Assembly (NCBI GenBank): GCA_002269645.1
Contig: NIVC01002608.1
Coordinates: forward strand, 62,001 to 126,000
Direction: 5' to 3'
Origin: Macrostomum lignano
Lineage: Eukaryota
Length of the DNA: 64,000 nt
Position numbers and translations under genes: made by a program. Shown here piece after piece: positions 1-11,100 of this stretch (position 1 is the stretch's first letter; each line of letters begins with the position of its first letter). The notes under the pieces were generated by a model. That model saw only the letters and a list, made by a program, of their open reading frames with translations, was not told the origin of the DNA and did not search any database.

Positions 1-2031
1 TCGTGTTCGCCTATATCGACGACTTCCTAGTGGCGAGCAGCGGCCCTCAGCAGCATCTGGGGCACCTGCGCACGCTGTTCCAGCGCATGGCAGACAACGG
101 CCTCCTCGTCAATCCAGCCAAGTGCCAGTTTGGCCGCAGCGAAATCGACTTTCTGGGCCACCGCATCAGCAGCCGGGGCGCCGTGCCGCTGCCAGACGAA
201 GTCGAAGCCATCGCCGGATTCGCACCGCCCGCGACCGTCAAGGGCCTGCAAGAGTTCGCCGGCATGGTGAACTTCTATCACCGGTTCGTGCCGCGGGCCG
301 CCCAGTTTATGCGCCCCATCTACGGCGCCCTGGCCAGCAAGGACAAGATAGTTCGGTGGACACCGGAGCTGACGGATGCCTTCAACAGCACGAAGCAGGC
401 CCTGGCTGACGCTGCCATGCTTGCGCACCCGAAGCTCGACGCCCCAACGGCGCTGACGGTCGACGCCTCGGACACCGCCATCGGGGCGGTTCTGGCGCAG
501 CGTGTCGGCGAGGCCTGGCGGCCACTAGCTTTCTTCAGCCGCCAACTGCGACTGGCTGAACAAAAGTACAGCGCGTTCGACCGGGAGTTACTCGCTCTCT
601 ATCTGGCCACGCGGCATTTCCGCTACTTTTTGGAAGGCCGCATCTTCACCGCCTACACCGACCACAAACCCCTGGTTGCGGCCATGGCTAAGTTGTCGGA
701 TCCCTGGTCAGCGCGCCAGCAGCGGCACCTCGCATACGTGTCGGAGTTCACCACCGACATCCGGCACGTGGCGGGCAACGACAATCCGGTGGCCTGGAGG
801 TCATCTGCGACACCGTGATCGGCCGCCCGCGCCCACTGGTGCCCGCCGACGTCCACCACGCCGTTTTCGACGCAGTCGACGGACTGGCGCACCCATCCGT
901 ACGCAGTACGCGGCGCCTGGTGTCGGAGAAGTTCGTGTGGCCGGGACTCAACAGGGACGTCGGCCAATGGGCTCGCAGCTGCATCGCCTGCCAGACGGCC
1001 AAGGTGCAGCACCACGTGACCGCCCCGCCCGCCAGCATCCCGGTGCCCAGTAGCCGTTTCGCGCACGTCCACATCGACCTTGTCGGACCGCTGCCGCAGT
1101 CCCGCGGCTTCACGCACCTGCTGACCGTCGTCGACAGGTTCTCCCGCTGGCCGGAGGCTTTCCCCTTGGCCGACACTTCCGCTGCCTCCTGCGCGTCCGC
1201 CTTCATCGCCGGTTGGGTCGCCCGCTTCGGCGTGCCCAGTGACGTCACGTCCGACCGCGGCTCCCCGTTCACCTCCAGGCTATGGGCCAACGTGCCGAGG
1301 CTGCTGGGCATGCAGCTGCACCACACCACCGCTTTTCACCCACAGGCTAACGGCTTGGTGGAACGCTTCCACCGCCAGCTCATGGCTTTCCTGATGACGC
1401 GCCTGACCGGACCAACTTGGACCGACGAGCTGCCCTGGGCGTTGCTGGGCATCCAAACGGCTCCCAAAGAGGACATCGGCGCCTCCTCGGCCGAGCTGGT
1501 CTACGGCGCTGGAGAATACCTGCAGGCCGCGCCACCCGCGGGCTCTTAAGACCAGTTTCTGGCCCGGCTACGCAGCGCGGTACGATCGTTCCGGCCGCCT
1601 CCGACCTCGCGACATGGCCTGCTGCCCTGGAGTCCTGCACGCACGTCTTCATCCGCCGCGACGGCCACCGGCCATCTCTGCAGCGGCCGTACTTCGGGCC
1701 CTTCAAGGTCCTTGAGCGTGGAGCCAAGACCTTCCGCCTCGACCTGGGCACGCGGCAGGATCACGTGGCAGTGGACAGACTCAAGCCGGCGGCGCTCGAT
1801 CCCGGCGAGGCGATTCCGGCTCCCGCTCTGCGGCCACGAGGCCGCCCCCGCCTGGACGGCCGGCCACAACTGCCACGTGGTGGAGACCCTCCGGTCGCAA
1901 CTGCGCAACCGCTAGCGCCGCCGGGGCACCCACCGACACGCCTCCCACCGGTGCAAGCGGCCCGGCCTCCAGCGTCTGGTCGCCGCCAGCTTCCGCCTCG
2001 CCGGTGCCGCACGACGCAGTTTCGGTCCTAG
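1..2031 (+). mobile_element. Ty3/gypsy LTR retrotransposon, 3' part of pol (RT C-term, RNase H, integrase with GPY/F motif), degenerate
   Basis: ORF 3-818: YIDD RT motif, then RNase H (TVDAS, AFFSR, YSAFDRELLA, TDHKPL). ORF 815-1549: integrase (HIDLVGPLP, SDRGSPF, HPQANGLVERFHR). 1417-2031 frame: RPYFGPFKV and VDRLKP. The domains lie in three frames, with a deletion near 800 and a stop at 1547, so this copy is non-functional. Confidence 0.95.
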
Positions 2032-2051
2032 GCCAGCGCTGGGGGGAGCCA

Positions 2052-2252
2052 TGTGGCGGTCACGCCACGCGCGCGTGCGCGCTCCGGCAGCCACCCCAAC
2101 CCCGGCCGGGAGGGCCGGCGCTATGTGCACGGTCGCTGTGCGTTGATTGGCTGCCCAGTGTACACCGCTGGCCTATATAACTTTAGACCTTTGTCTCGCG
2201 CGCCTCCACCCTGCTACTTCCAAATAAACTTTACGTGGCTCAACTCGCCACA
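2052..2252 (+). repeat. 3' LTR of the gypsy element (about 201 bp)
   Basis: Directly follows the polypurine tract GGGGGGAG (2041-2048). Starts TGTGGCG and ends CGCCACA (7-bp terminal inverted repeat). Contains TATATAA (~2174) and AATAAA (~2223). Confidence 0.85.
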
Positions 2253-2609
2253 TACATTTACATTTACATAGATGGAACTACTTTACGAGAAATATTTCGA
2301 TATGCAAGAAATACAAATAATGACGAATAAATTCATACGAGGATACAAAAAACCTACAATTTCAACAGTAACATTAGCGCAATAATAAAACGTAATAGAA
2401 TATTGTTAAAAAATGAAAGAATACAAGTAGTACCGTATACATGTGATTGATGAGGACGCACTTTTTTCCAAACTTCACGCTCGCACATGGGCTTCAAACT
2501 TACTAGCCTACTAACAACAGGCTATGGCCATTTTTTCTTCTCTTTATGTAATTTTCCTAGAATTCATACTATTTATATGATTTTGCCATACTTATAGTTA
2601 TAATAACAT

Positions 2610-2997
2610 AGGTGCGGCTTTTGGGTCATAAATCATTGCTTTCGAGCTGGTCTGACAGCCACCTGCGCCTCACTCAATGTGAGACTGGCGCCAGATGGTC
2701 TGAGAGGATGCGGGCGGTAGCTTTTTTCTCATCATTTTGACAGGCCATCAAGATTTATGAGGCCAGGGCCAGGCCTATTGTTCGTGTTCACTCAAGCGTG
2801 TGACAGCTTTGACAGCTATGCGTTTTACTCCTAAAAGTACGTTGGGATTAGCGATTAGCGATTTCTCTTCATTATCTTCACTTTCTACATGTACTTAATA
2901 AGAGCTTTCTAATGTATATTTGTTCATTAATTTTTGTCTCCTACGCGAAAGGTCATAAATCATTATGTAGCGATTTGAGTGATTTATGACCGCACCT
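2610..2997. mobile_element. MITE-like element with imperfect terminal inverted repeats
   Basis: Left end AGGTGCGG(cttttgg)TCATAAATCA versus right end TGATTTATGACCGCACCT (reverse complement AGGTGCGGTCATAAATCA). An extra subterminal GGTCATAAATCA copy lies at 2951-2962. No clear TSD. Confidence 0.45.
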
Positions 2998-5644
2998 GTC
3001 GTATTTTTATGGCCCCGAGGGAACTGATAGGATCTTCTGGTCACGTGAGTTTGGGTGACAACAAGCTCAGCCAATCAGAAAATTCGACGTGCGTTATAAC
3101 AAATCGGCTCAGCCAATCAGCGTCGAGGTGTTCCATTATAACAAATTGCGGTCCAGTTGTCCGCTATTTTACCCGGTGTTTTTGACTCAACCTCGTGCTC
3201 CGCCTCCTGGGACTTTGGCCTAACTTAGACCTCCAGGAGCTCGACCGTCGTCTCTTGATCCCCGGAACACGACTCTCCCCATCATCATCAAGGACGAATC
3301 CCCCCGGTCGTCAGCAGCGAACATCAAGATTAAGAACATCACCTGCTAGCTATCTGCGAAGATTGTGACATCAGCATCATCCCGGGTCTACAGCTGCGAA
3401 GCACTAAGCCGATTCGGTCACTGTGGATTACCTGGTCTCCGGCTGTTGAGTTTCTGATTGGTTGGGTGAGAGGCTACCTAGACTTGCTTGATTGGGTGAT
3501 CCCTTAATTATCTGTCCCCTATTTCAGGAGCTAGATTAGGCGCACACTTTTGCTCATTTTGTTCAGCGGTGCTGTTATTTGAGGCATAAACCATTCAATA
3601 CTGATAGTAGTCTGATACTCCAATTAAATCTGAAGTGTGAAGTGATTTAGTGAGAAGGTTAATCTGACAGTTATTTTTATCGGTTTTCATTCAGTCGATC
3701 AATCTATCAAATCAGTGAGCAAAACTGCCAATAGTGCAAAATCGGCGCTAGAGATGTACTCTGTGCACTCTAGATTCGCCAAGCGGCTCGAGTAATGAAT
3801 CATGCGGCCTCCGAAGTTCGAGTTAGTCTATCATCAGCGCTTCGAGAGGCTGGTTGGCGCGTTGAAGGCCAAAAGTACAATTCCTCGTATTTAGCTATGT
3901 AATAGTACATATGTAGCTACCCCCTAGTCTCGCCACTCATGCAAGAATCCCCTGCACAAGTCCCCTTCTGTACCTGCATGGCCAATGCGATCGAGTCCTA
4001 GTAGTGTCCCTTATCATCAGCTATGACTTCGAGATTGACAGCAAAAAGACACTAGTTGGCAGGTAAGTGCTAAGCCCCCTCTAGTCGGAAGCCTGATTTC
4101 GAAAGTTCCGGTTTGGTGAGCCAGAACGCACGGGCTTGGTGGCAGCGGGTTAGTTAATCTGCGGATTGGCTAATCTCTACCTTCAAAATTCTCCCTGCTT
4201 GTCTCTCGCTGTCCCTCTTAGCTATAGGACAGACTGCTCGCCACAAGATCAAGCTACCATGGGGCTGACCATCTGACAGGTCGAGTGAGGGGCCAGGACT
4301 CTAATTGATTTATTTCTGAGACCCGAAGCCCGAAGGCTTTCCGAAAGGGGCGAAAAGGCCGAAACTCATCACATCCGAGATAAGGAAGTATCGATACTGC
4401 CTCCATTTCTCTTAGGGCTCCTTTGTGAGCCTGGAGTAAAATGGGTGTTAGCCATCCACCCCTCGCGCTGTACATTGTGCCGCCTTTGTGCGCCGTCCTC
4501 TCTACCCCTCCGTGGGGTGGGGGATTTGCTCACCCGCTCATTTATCTGCCCACCGCCCTGTGTGCCACGTCGCTCGCTTTGGCTTTGCAGCTCAATGTTT
4601 TTAAAAACTCCTTTTATTCTTTTAATCTCATTTGCTTGCTATTTAAACTTACATGTATCGTTACCACGGGGTCGCTTTCCCCACCTCTAGCGCTGCTTCG
4701 GGCCATAGACATTTGCCTGCCTGCTGTTCGTCTCATTGGCTGTTAGGGTGTGATTGTTTAAATATGCTTTCTTCGAATTACACTGTCACAGAAGCGGCAA
4801 CGATCGAATAGCTATCTATCTGAGGCAGTAGTAATTTTTTTTAATACATGTATGTATCTAGTAATGCTTTTCTTTTTAATTAGTATAGTTAATAGTGTTT
4901 GTATTTAGTATTTTGTTACACTTAGCTTGCCTTTTCTGAATATTATTTACGAGTACCTAATACTGCAGAATATTTACGCTCAAATTTATTCTCTTTTAAA
5001 ATCTTGTCACGCGCTGGGACCGCTGATTATTACATTGACGAACATCTACGAATATTTATGCTAAGTAAAATTGGGTAGTCATTTTTCTCTGTTAGCTCGC
5101 GTCCTGTTGGAGGACCAGATCGTTCAGACTTTTCGGAGACTTGGATTCATTGCCAAAATCTACGTCACGCTGATCTGATTTTCGACACTCAGGACCTTTG
5201 CTCCTTACTCGGTGGCCACAGGACCGGTGACCTTTGGGCGCCCCACCCGATGACTCGCCCTTCCACCCAACCCTCCAGTATTTCTAAATCATTCAGACGT
5301 AATGCGCGAGGTATCGCTATTCCTCATCTCATCACAATAGTATGTACGTAGAATTGTTGTGTACTTTTGTTTAGCAATAAGGTAATTAAATACCATAGAA
5401 TATTGCCATAGATAAGAGCACAGAAAGTTCCGGTCCCCAGGATGTGTAGAATTAAGAAACATTCTAACAAAGGAGTGGTCTGTTATTTCTCCGGAATTAT
5501 CGTCACGATATTAATGAAGACACGATCGATCGCACATCATGAATTTATTGAAGCTTGCACGTTCGATCGTTTGCTTCGATCCGATTCAAGGTTAGGATTA
5601 AAGGTGTTAAAACAATTACGTCTTCATAAAGACAGTCAATAGAG

Positions 5645-7465
5645 CTAAGAACGCATTCTACAATGTTTCCACGCAACTACTACCAGCAGCTGGTGCAGCA
5701 GCTCGAACAGCTCCAGCAAGGTGAGCACAGAGCAGCCCAGGTGCAAGCCCAGAGAGCCGCCAAGGTCGGCAACGAACTGGCCTAGACTGTAGTCCAAACT
5801 GAAGGTGATCAGCTGACTAACCGATGACTCAGCCCTGATGGTCACTGACAAGAGTGCTCTCCGAAAATAGGCGTGCACTTTGTCTTCAAAGCTAATCAAG
5901 TCATCAATACTCGTATCTCCCTGAATAAATTGAAGCGCCCTCATTGCAGCCTCAATAGATCTGTAATCGTCCAAGCTTTTGTTTTTCAACGCGAATGGCA
6001 GAAGATTCGACAGGAAGCGCACCTCGCTGACCGAATTTGGCCAATTGCCAAACGATGACGTCACTCTGTATTGCCTCTGCCGACAGAGCTTGCTGCGCAT
6101 GCACAACCGTTCCCAGTTGTCTGACAGTGGACTCTCTGACCGGCTTGCGGCAAGGTAGGCTCGCATGTTCAACTCCTGAGACTGCGGACTGCCACTGGTG
6201 ACGGCGGTGAGGTTCAGGCAAAGTGCCAGGTCTCGCAGCCTCCACGGCAGTGGCTGGGGCCAAGGACTGCAGTTGTATCGCGCAAGGGCCTCCCTAGCCA
6301 TCTCGGTGTAGAAGCAGACGGCCTCGCTGTAGCCGAAGGCGTCCGCCGCTCCCGTGTGCGGATCAAAGAACAGCGCCTGATCCGGCGGGGCATCCAGGCA
6401 TTCGTCGGGAAAGTCGGCCGGTTTCAGTTGAGAGTCGCTCATCTCTACGGAGATGTCGTAGGCTCTGCCGGGACCCAGGCTGACCACGTTGGTGGTTAAT
6501 CTAGACGGGTAGTGACCTCTGGGCACCAGGTAGAGCAGCATACCGCTGCCCCTGTCAATTTCGTGCGGATTGCTTAAATCCCAATCGTATGGGTAAAAGA
6601 GACGATTTTCGAACTGCCACCATGGTAGAAAATAACTGGAGTACAAACCCACGCTTTTCATTACGCTGTAGTAGGGATCCAGCCAAATATCGAACCGCAG
6701 CCTATTGTTGATGTTTCGCATTCGACTTCGTTCGGACTCGGTGAGAGCCACCTTGAAACACTTCAGGTGCTCCGGATGGTGCAGCGTTTCAATTTCTACT
6801 GGCGAGTCCAGAGACTGCTCCGAGCCGGCGCTGAACACGCCGTAGTTTCTGAAGAACGTCTGGTTCCTCCTCTGGCCGACAAGGTCAGCCAGCAGGCTGT
6901 AAGGCATAGACTGGAGAGTTCCAAGCAGATGGGATCTTTGCAGGTCGTACAGCTCCTCAGCTGTCCAGTTTGCAGCTCCGGCCACAGTGGCATTGTACAG
7001 TCGATATGCAGAAATCAGCGGCTTCATCAGTCGATGCCACTCCGAGCTGTTCAACAAGGCCGAGTAGGAGCCAGCCACCTGCAGGGTGTTGCAGAAGTAC
7101 AGATCGGGGAACTCGAACTCTGCATCAGTGGCATTGAGCTCCGTGGCTATGCCGGGGCTCCTCAACCGATAGATGTAAGTCCTTGACGTGTAGACTAATA
7201 AGACTGAGCAGCTCAGGAAGCTGAGAAGCCAGAATGCTCGAAGCTTTGAGTCGCGGCGATGAAACGAAGCCACCCGGTTGATGCCGTGAGCAGTGCTCTG
7301 GTCGATGGCTTCGCGGGCTAACCGAGGCACTAGTAGGCAGCGCGAGCTCATGATAGTTCCAAATAACGTTCGCAAGGACTCAAGAAGGAGCATTTTATCG
7401 CCTACAGCTGCTTCTATCAGGGTATCGATCCACTGCCGCTTGAGAACTGAGTCGCATATTTGCAT
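5645..7465 (-). CDS. DEG/ENaC (amiloride-sensitive sodium channel/ASIC-like) subunit, single exon; ATG at 7465 or 7393
   Basis: Pre-TM1 HG motif (HGINRV), TM1 (FWLLSFLSCSVLLVY), FPDLYFCN, Cys-containing thumb region, TM2 YSLGQFVADLGGSLGLHLGCSVLTLLE with a G-x-S filter. Uninterrupted ORF. Confidence 0.93.
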   Translation of the reverse strand: MQICDSVLKRQWIDTLIEAAVGDKMLLLESLRTLFGTIMSSRCLLVPRLAREAIDQSTAHGINRVASFHRRDSKLRAFWLLSFLSCSVLLVYTSRTYIYRLRSPGIATELNATDAEFEFPDLYFCNTLQVAGSYSALLNSSEWHRLMKPLISAYRLYNATVAGAANWTAEELYDLQRSHLLGTLQSMPYSLLADLVGQRRNQTFFRNYGVFSAGSEQSLDSPVEIETLHHPEHLKCFKVALTESERSRMRNINNRLRFDIWLDPYYSVMKSVGLYSSYFLPWWQFENRLFYPYDWDLSNPHEIDRGSGMLLYLVPRGHYPSRLTTNVVSLGPGRAYDISVEMSDSQLKPADFPDECLDAPPDQALFFDPHTGAADAFGYSEAVCFYTEMAREALARYNCSPWPQPLPWRLRDLALCLNLTAVTSGSPQSQELNMRAYLAASRSESPLSDNWERLCMRSKLCRQRQYRVTSSFGNWPNSVSEVRFLSNLLPFALKNKSLDDYRSIEAAMRALQFIQGDTSIDDLISFEDKVHAYFRRALLSVTIRAESSVSQLITFSLDYSLGQFVADLGGSLGLHLGCSVLTLLELFELLHQLLVVVAWKHCRMRS

Positions 7466-7771
7466 TGGCAACAGTTCAAATAGGTAGGTAGGTCGGCTCT
7501 GGCAAACATGCGACACTTTTAGACGAGACTTAAGGAAAAATGACTAAAAGCTTGACATGCTTGCATTTAGCTATCATAGTAGAAACAGTAGCGCACGGTA
7601 AATAAATATACAGGGCTAACAGTTGGAAACAGTGCGTATTGCAAATATGTATTCAATTACACTTGATAGAAACATGCTTGCGCATATTGAACAGTTTAGG
7701 CTTGACCGAGGCTTTAACCTACACTGTCCAGTAGTCAAGGGGTTAGCTAATGAATTCGAAATGCTTTGAGA

Positions 7772-8030
7772 GGGAATTAAAGGACAGGAAGTTCTGGCAA
7801 ATTTAAGGACAGGGAGTTCTGGCAAATTTAAGGACAGGGAGTTCTTCAGGGAAATTTAAGGACAGGAAGTTCTTCAGGGAAATTTAAGGTCAGGAAGTAC
7901 TACAGGGAAATTTAAGGACAGGAAGTACTTCAGGGAAGTTTAAGGACAGGAAGTACTTCCGGGAAATTTAAGGACAGGAAGTACTTCAGGGAAATTTAAG
8001 GACAGGAAGTACTTCAGGGAAATTTAAGAA
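7772..8030. repeat. Minisatellite, ~24-28 bp unit GGGAAATTTAAGGACAGGAAGTACTTCA, ~9 copies
   Basis: Read directly; lies between the PCF11 stop codon and the DEG/ENaC start. Confidence 0.9.
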
Positions 8031-8140
8031 CACGAGTGCTTGAGGCCAACTAAGACAAAGAGATAAATGTTCAGCTGTCAGACAACACTGGCAAATCAGA
8101 GATCGGCTGCATTTACACAATGTACACAAATGCCTCCCAA

Positions 8141-11100
8141 TCACTGCAACCCCACCGCCTCCTTCAGTATGGACAGCAAAGCCGCTGTAGCCGACGTTGA
8201 AGACGCCGCCGTGTCGCCGGGCTGGTCGCTGCCGGACGTCGCTTTGCCGGCATCCTCCGCACAGACCGGATGGTAGATCCCGCCGCCCAGCTCCACGCAG
8301 TCCCGCAGCAGCCAGTCCTCAGTGTCGTCGTCCCAGCGAGTGTCGAACTGTTCGTAGCAGACGCCGCAGACGTTCAACTCCGGATTAGACCGGGCGGGGA
8401 CTCCACTAGCGACAGCTGCCGCCGCTGCCGCCGCTGCCGCCGCCGTTGACGAAGCCGAGGCCGCGGCTGCCGCACTGCCAGGATCGGGTTCAGACGTTGA
8501 GAAACCGCTAGAAAATCCAGCGATGCCGTCCGTGGCAGCGGCTGTGGCGGCGGCGACGGCGGCTGTTGCGGGACCTCCACTAAAATCGGCATCGAAGTCC
8601 GCGACGCTGGCTGTCGAGAATTCATCGGCTGGTTTAACCAGCTGGCTCCAGTGCGGATACCAGGCGCGGCACTTTGCCGGCGGATTGTGACGCTGGAGCA
8701 CCCGGCGTCGATAGTGCTCGTCCATGTGGCGGCGAAAGGAGGCCGACTCGGGCCCGCGGGTGAACCGCAGAGTGCACTGTGGGCACTGGAAGCCGCCAAC
8801 CAGGCGGTAGGTGACAGCGGGCAGGCGCTGCTCAAGTTTCTCTTCGACTAGGTCGGTCAGGTCGACGGGCAGATCGACATCCGAGTCGTAGTCGATTCCC
8901 GACGGGGCTGACGGGTCCTCGGGGCCGCTCGGCTTGTCGAATTCCGGGTCTTCGTCGGCGCTATGGTGTGGATGCGATAAGTATTTTTGAACAGAATTAA
9001 TTATTCGACCGGAAGTGAAAGGATCCTAGAGCTAGGGGAGATAAATGAGAGGAATGAGTGTGAGAAACTGAAGGACCGGAAGTGGTTAATAGAGAAACTG
9101 AAGGACCGGAAGTGGTTAGGTGAGAAACCCAAGGACTGAAAGTAGCAACGAAAAACGAAAGGACCGGAAGTGGCTGATGAGAGACTAAGTGACCGGAAGT
9201 GATTAGGGGAAACTTCAGCCGGCATTGAGACGCTCACAAAAAGCTCTCACCTGTTATCTCCACCAGCAGCCAGCCTACCCCGCTTTGTCTCGCCTCCATC
9301 CGCTGATCCATCTGTTCGCCGTTTCTCTCCAACGGCGCCAACTTCCGAAGATGCGGACTTTTTCAAACGGTTAGCGCTGTTGACGAGGCCAGCTTTAACG
9401 AGACTATCCAGCATTTTTAGCACGTCGGGAGGCTGAGAACGAGAGGCGGATGTTGTTGAAGGATGCTGGAGCTGCTGCTGTTGCGTAGTTGCTAGCGGCG
9501 GCATCGACGGCGGCGGCGGAGGCAGCCGAGAATTGTAGGGATTCTGCGAATTGAAAAAGCCGGGCGCTCGACCTCCGGATGAGCCGCCAGGAGGTCGCAT
9601 GGGGTTCAGCGGCGGCTTGTGCAGCTGGTTGACGGCGCCAAATGCGCCGGTTTGGGCCCACTGCAGCCACTGGGCGGGAACGGGCGGCCCGACATCAAGG
9701 GCGGGCGTCACAGGCAGGCCGCCGGGCAGAATTACGGCCTGGAGACGGACCTAAGGAGTTGACGCGGAAGGGACAAGTGTGTTTTCTAAGATAATAATCA
9801 ACGGCTATCATTTCTCGCACGTGAAAATTTGGCAGTTTCGAGTTCTGTACTTTCACTGATGTATGCCGACTGATAGTTGCAAAACTGTAGGACCGGAAGT
9901 AGCTAATGAGAAACTGAAGGACCGGAAGTAGCTATGAAAAACTGAAGGACCGGAAGTAGCCAATGAGAAAATGAAGGACCGGAAGTAGCTATGAGAAACT
10001 GAAGGACTGGAAGTAGCTAATGAGAAACGGAAGGACCCGAAGTGGTTAAGAGATAAAATGAAGGACCGGAAGTGGCTAAGAGAGAAACTGAAGGACCGGA
10101 AGTGGCTAAGAGAGAAACTGAAGTACCGGAAGTGGCCAATGAGAAACTGAAGGACCGGAAGTGGCTAATGAGAAATTGAAGGACCGGAAGTAGCCAATGA
10201 GAAACTGAAGGACCGGAAGTAGCTATGAGAAACTGAAGGACTGGAAGTAGCTATGAGAAACTAAAGGACTGGAAGTAGCTAATGAGAAACGGAAGGACCC
10301 GAAGTGGTTAAGAGATAAAATGAAGGACCGGAAGTGGCTAAGAGAGAAACTGAAGGACCGGAAGTGGCCAATGAGAAACTAAAGGACCGGGAGTAGCTTA
10401 TGAGAAACTGAAGGACCGGAAGTAGCTATGGAAAACTGAAGGACCGGAAGTGGCTAATGAGAAATTGAAGGACCGGAAGTGGCTGAGAGAGAAACGAAAG
10501 GACCGGAAGTGGCCAATGAGAAACTGAAAGACTAGAAGTAGCTATGAAAAACTGATAGACCGAAAGTGGCTAATGAGAAAATGAAGGACCGGAAGTGGCT
10601 AAGAGAGAAAATAAAGGACAGGAAGTGGCTAAAAATAAACTGAAGGACTGGAAGTGCCCAATGAGAAACGGAAAGACCGGAAGTGGTTCCGGTCCGGTGA
10701 GAAACTGCAGGACCGGGAGTGGCTAATGAGAAACTGCAGGAACGAAAGTCGCTGATGGGAAACTGAAGGACTTAGGGTCCGGAACCGGAAATGTTTAGGG
10801 TCCTTCAAATTAAGAGAGAGTAAAGGTTGACAATAAATGTTTATGATTTCTCCTACGTCAATATTTGGCAGTTTTAAGGTCTGTAATTTGATGTAACTGA
10901 TGCATGCAGACTGATGAAGTTGAAACTGAGGCTGTGTGTTACCCTAGCCTCTCTCTCTCTCTCTCTCACCTGATAAACAGCGCGAAAGAAGCCAGCCCTG
11001 ATAGGCACCAGTTTAGGCTCGTTAAAGGGCACATTGAACGGCTTGCCGTGAATAATGAGCTCGTGTCCCGGGCCGCCCAGGCAGACAATAAACGGCCGCC

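Noticed and set aside
27-2271. Antisense and alternative-frame ORFs over the retrotransposon
   Set aside because: Expected shadow ORFs of GC-rich pol sequence.
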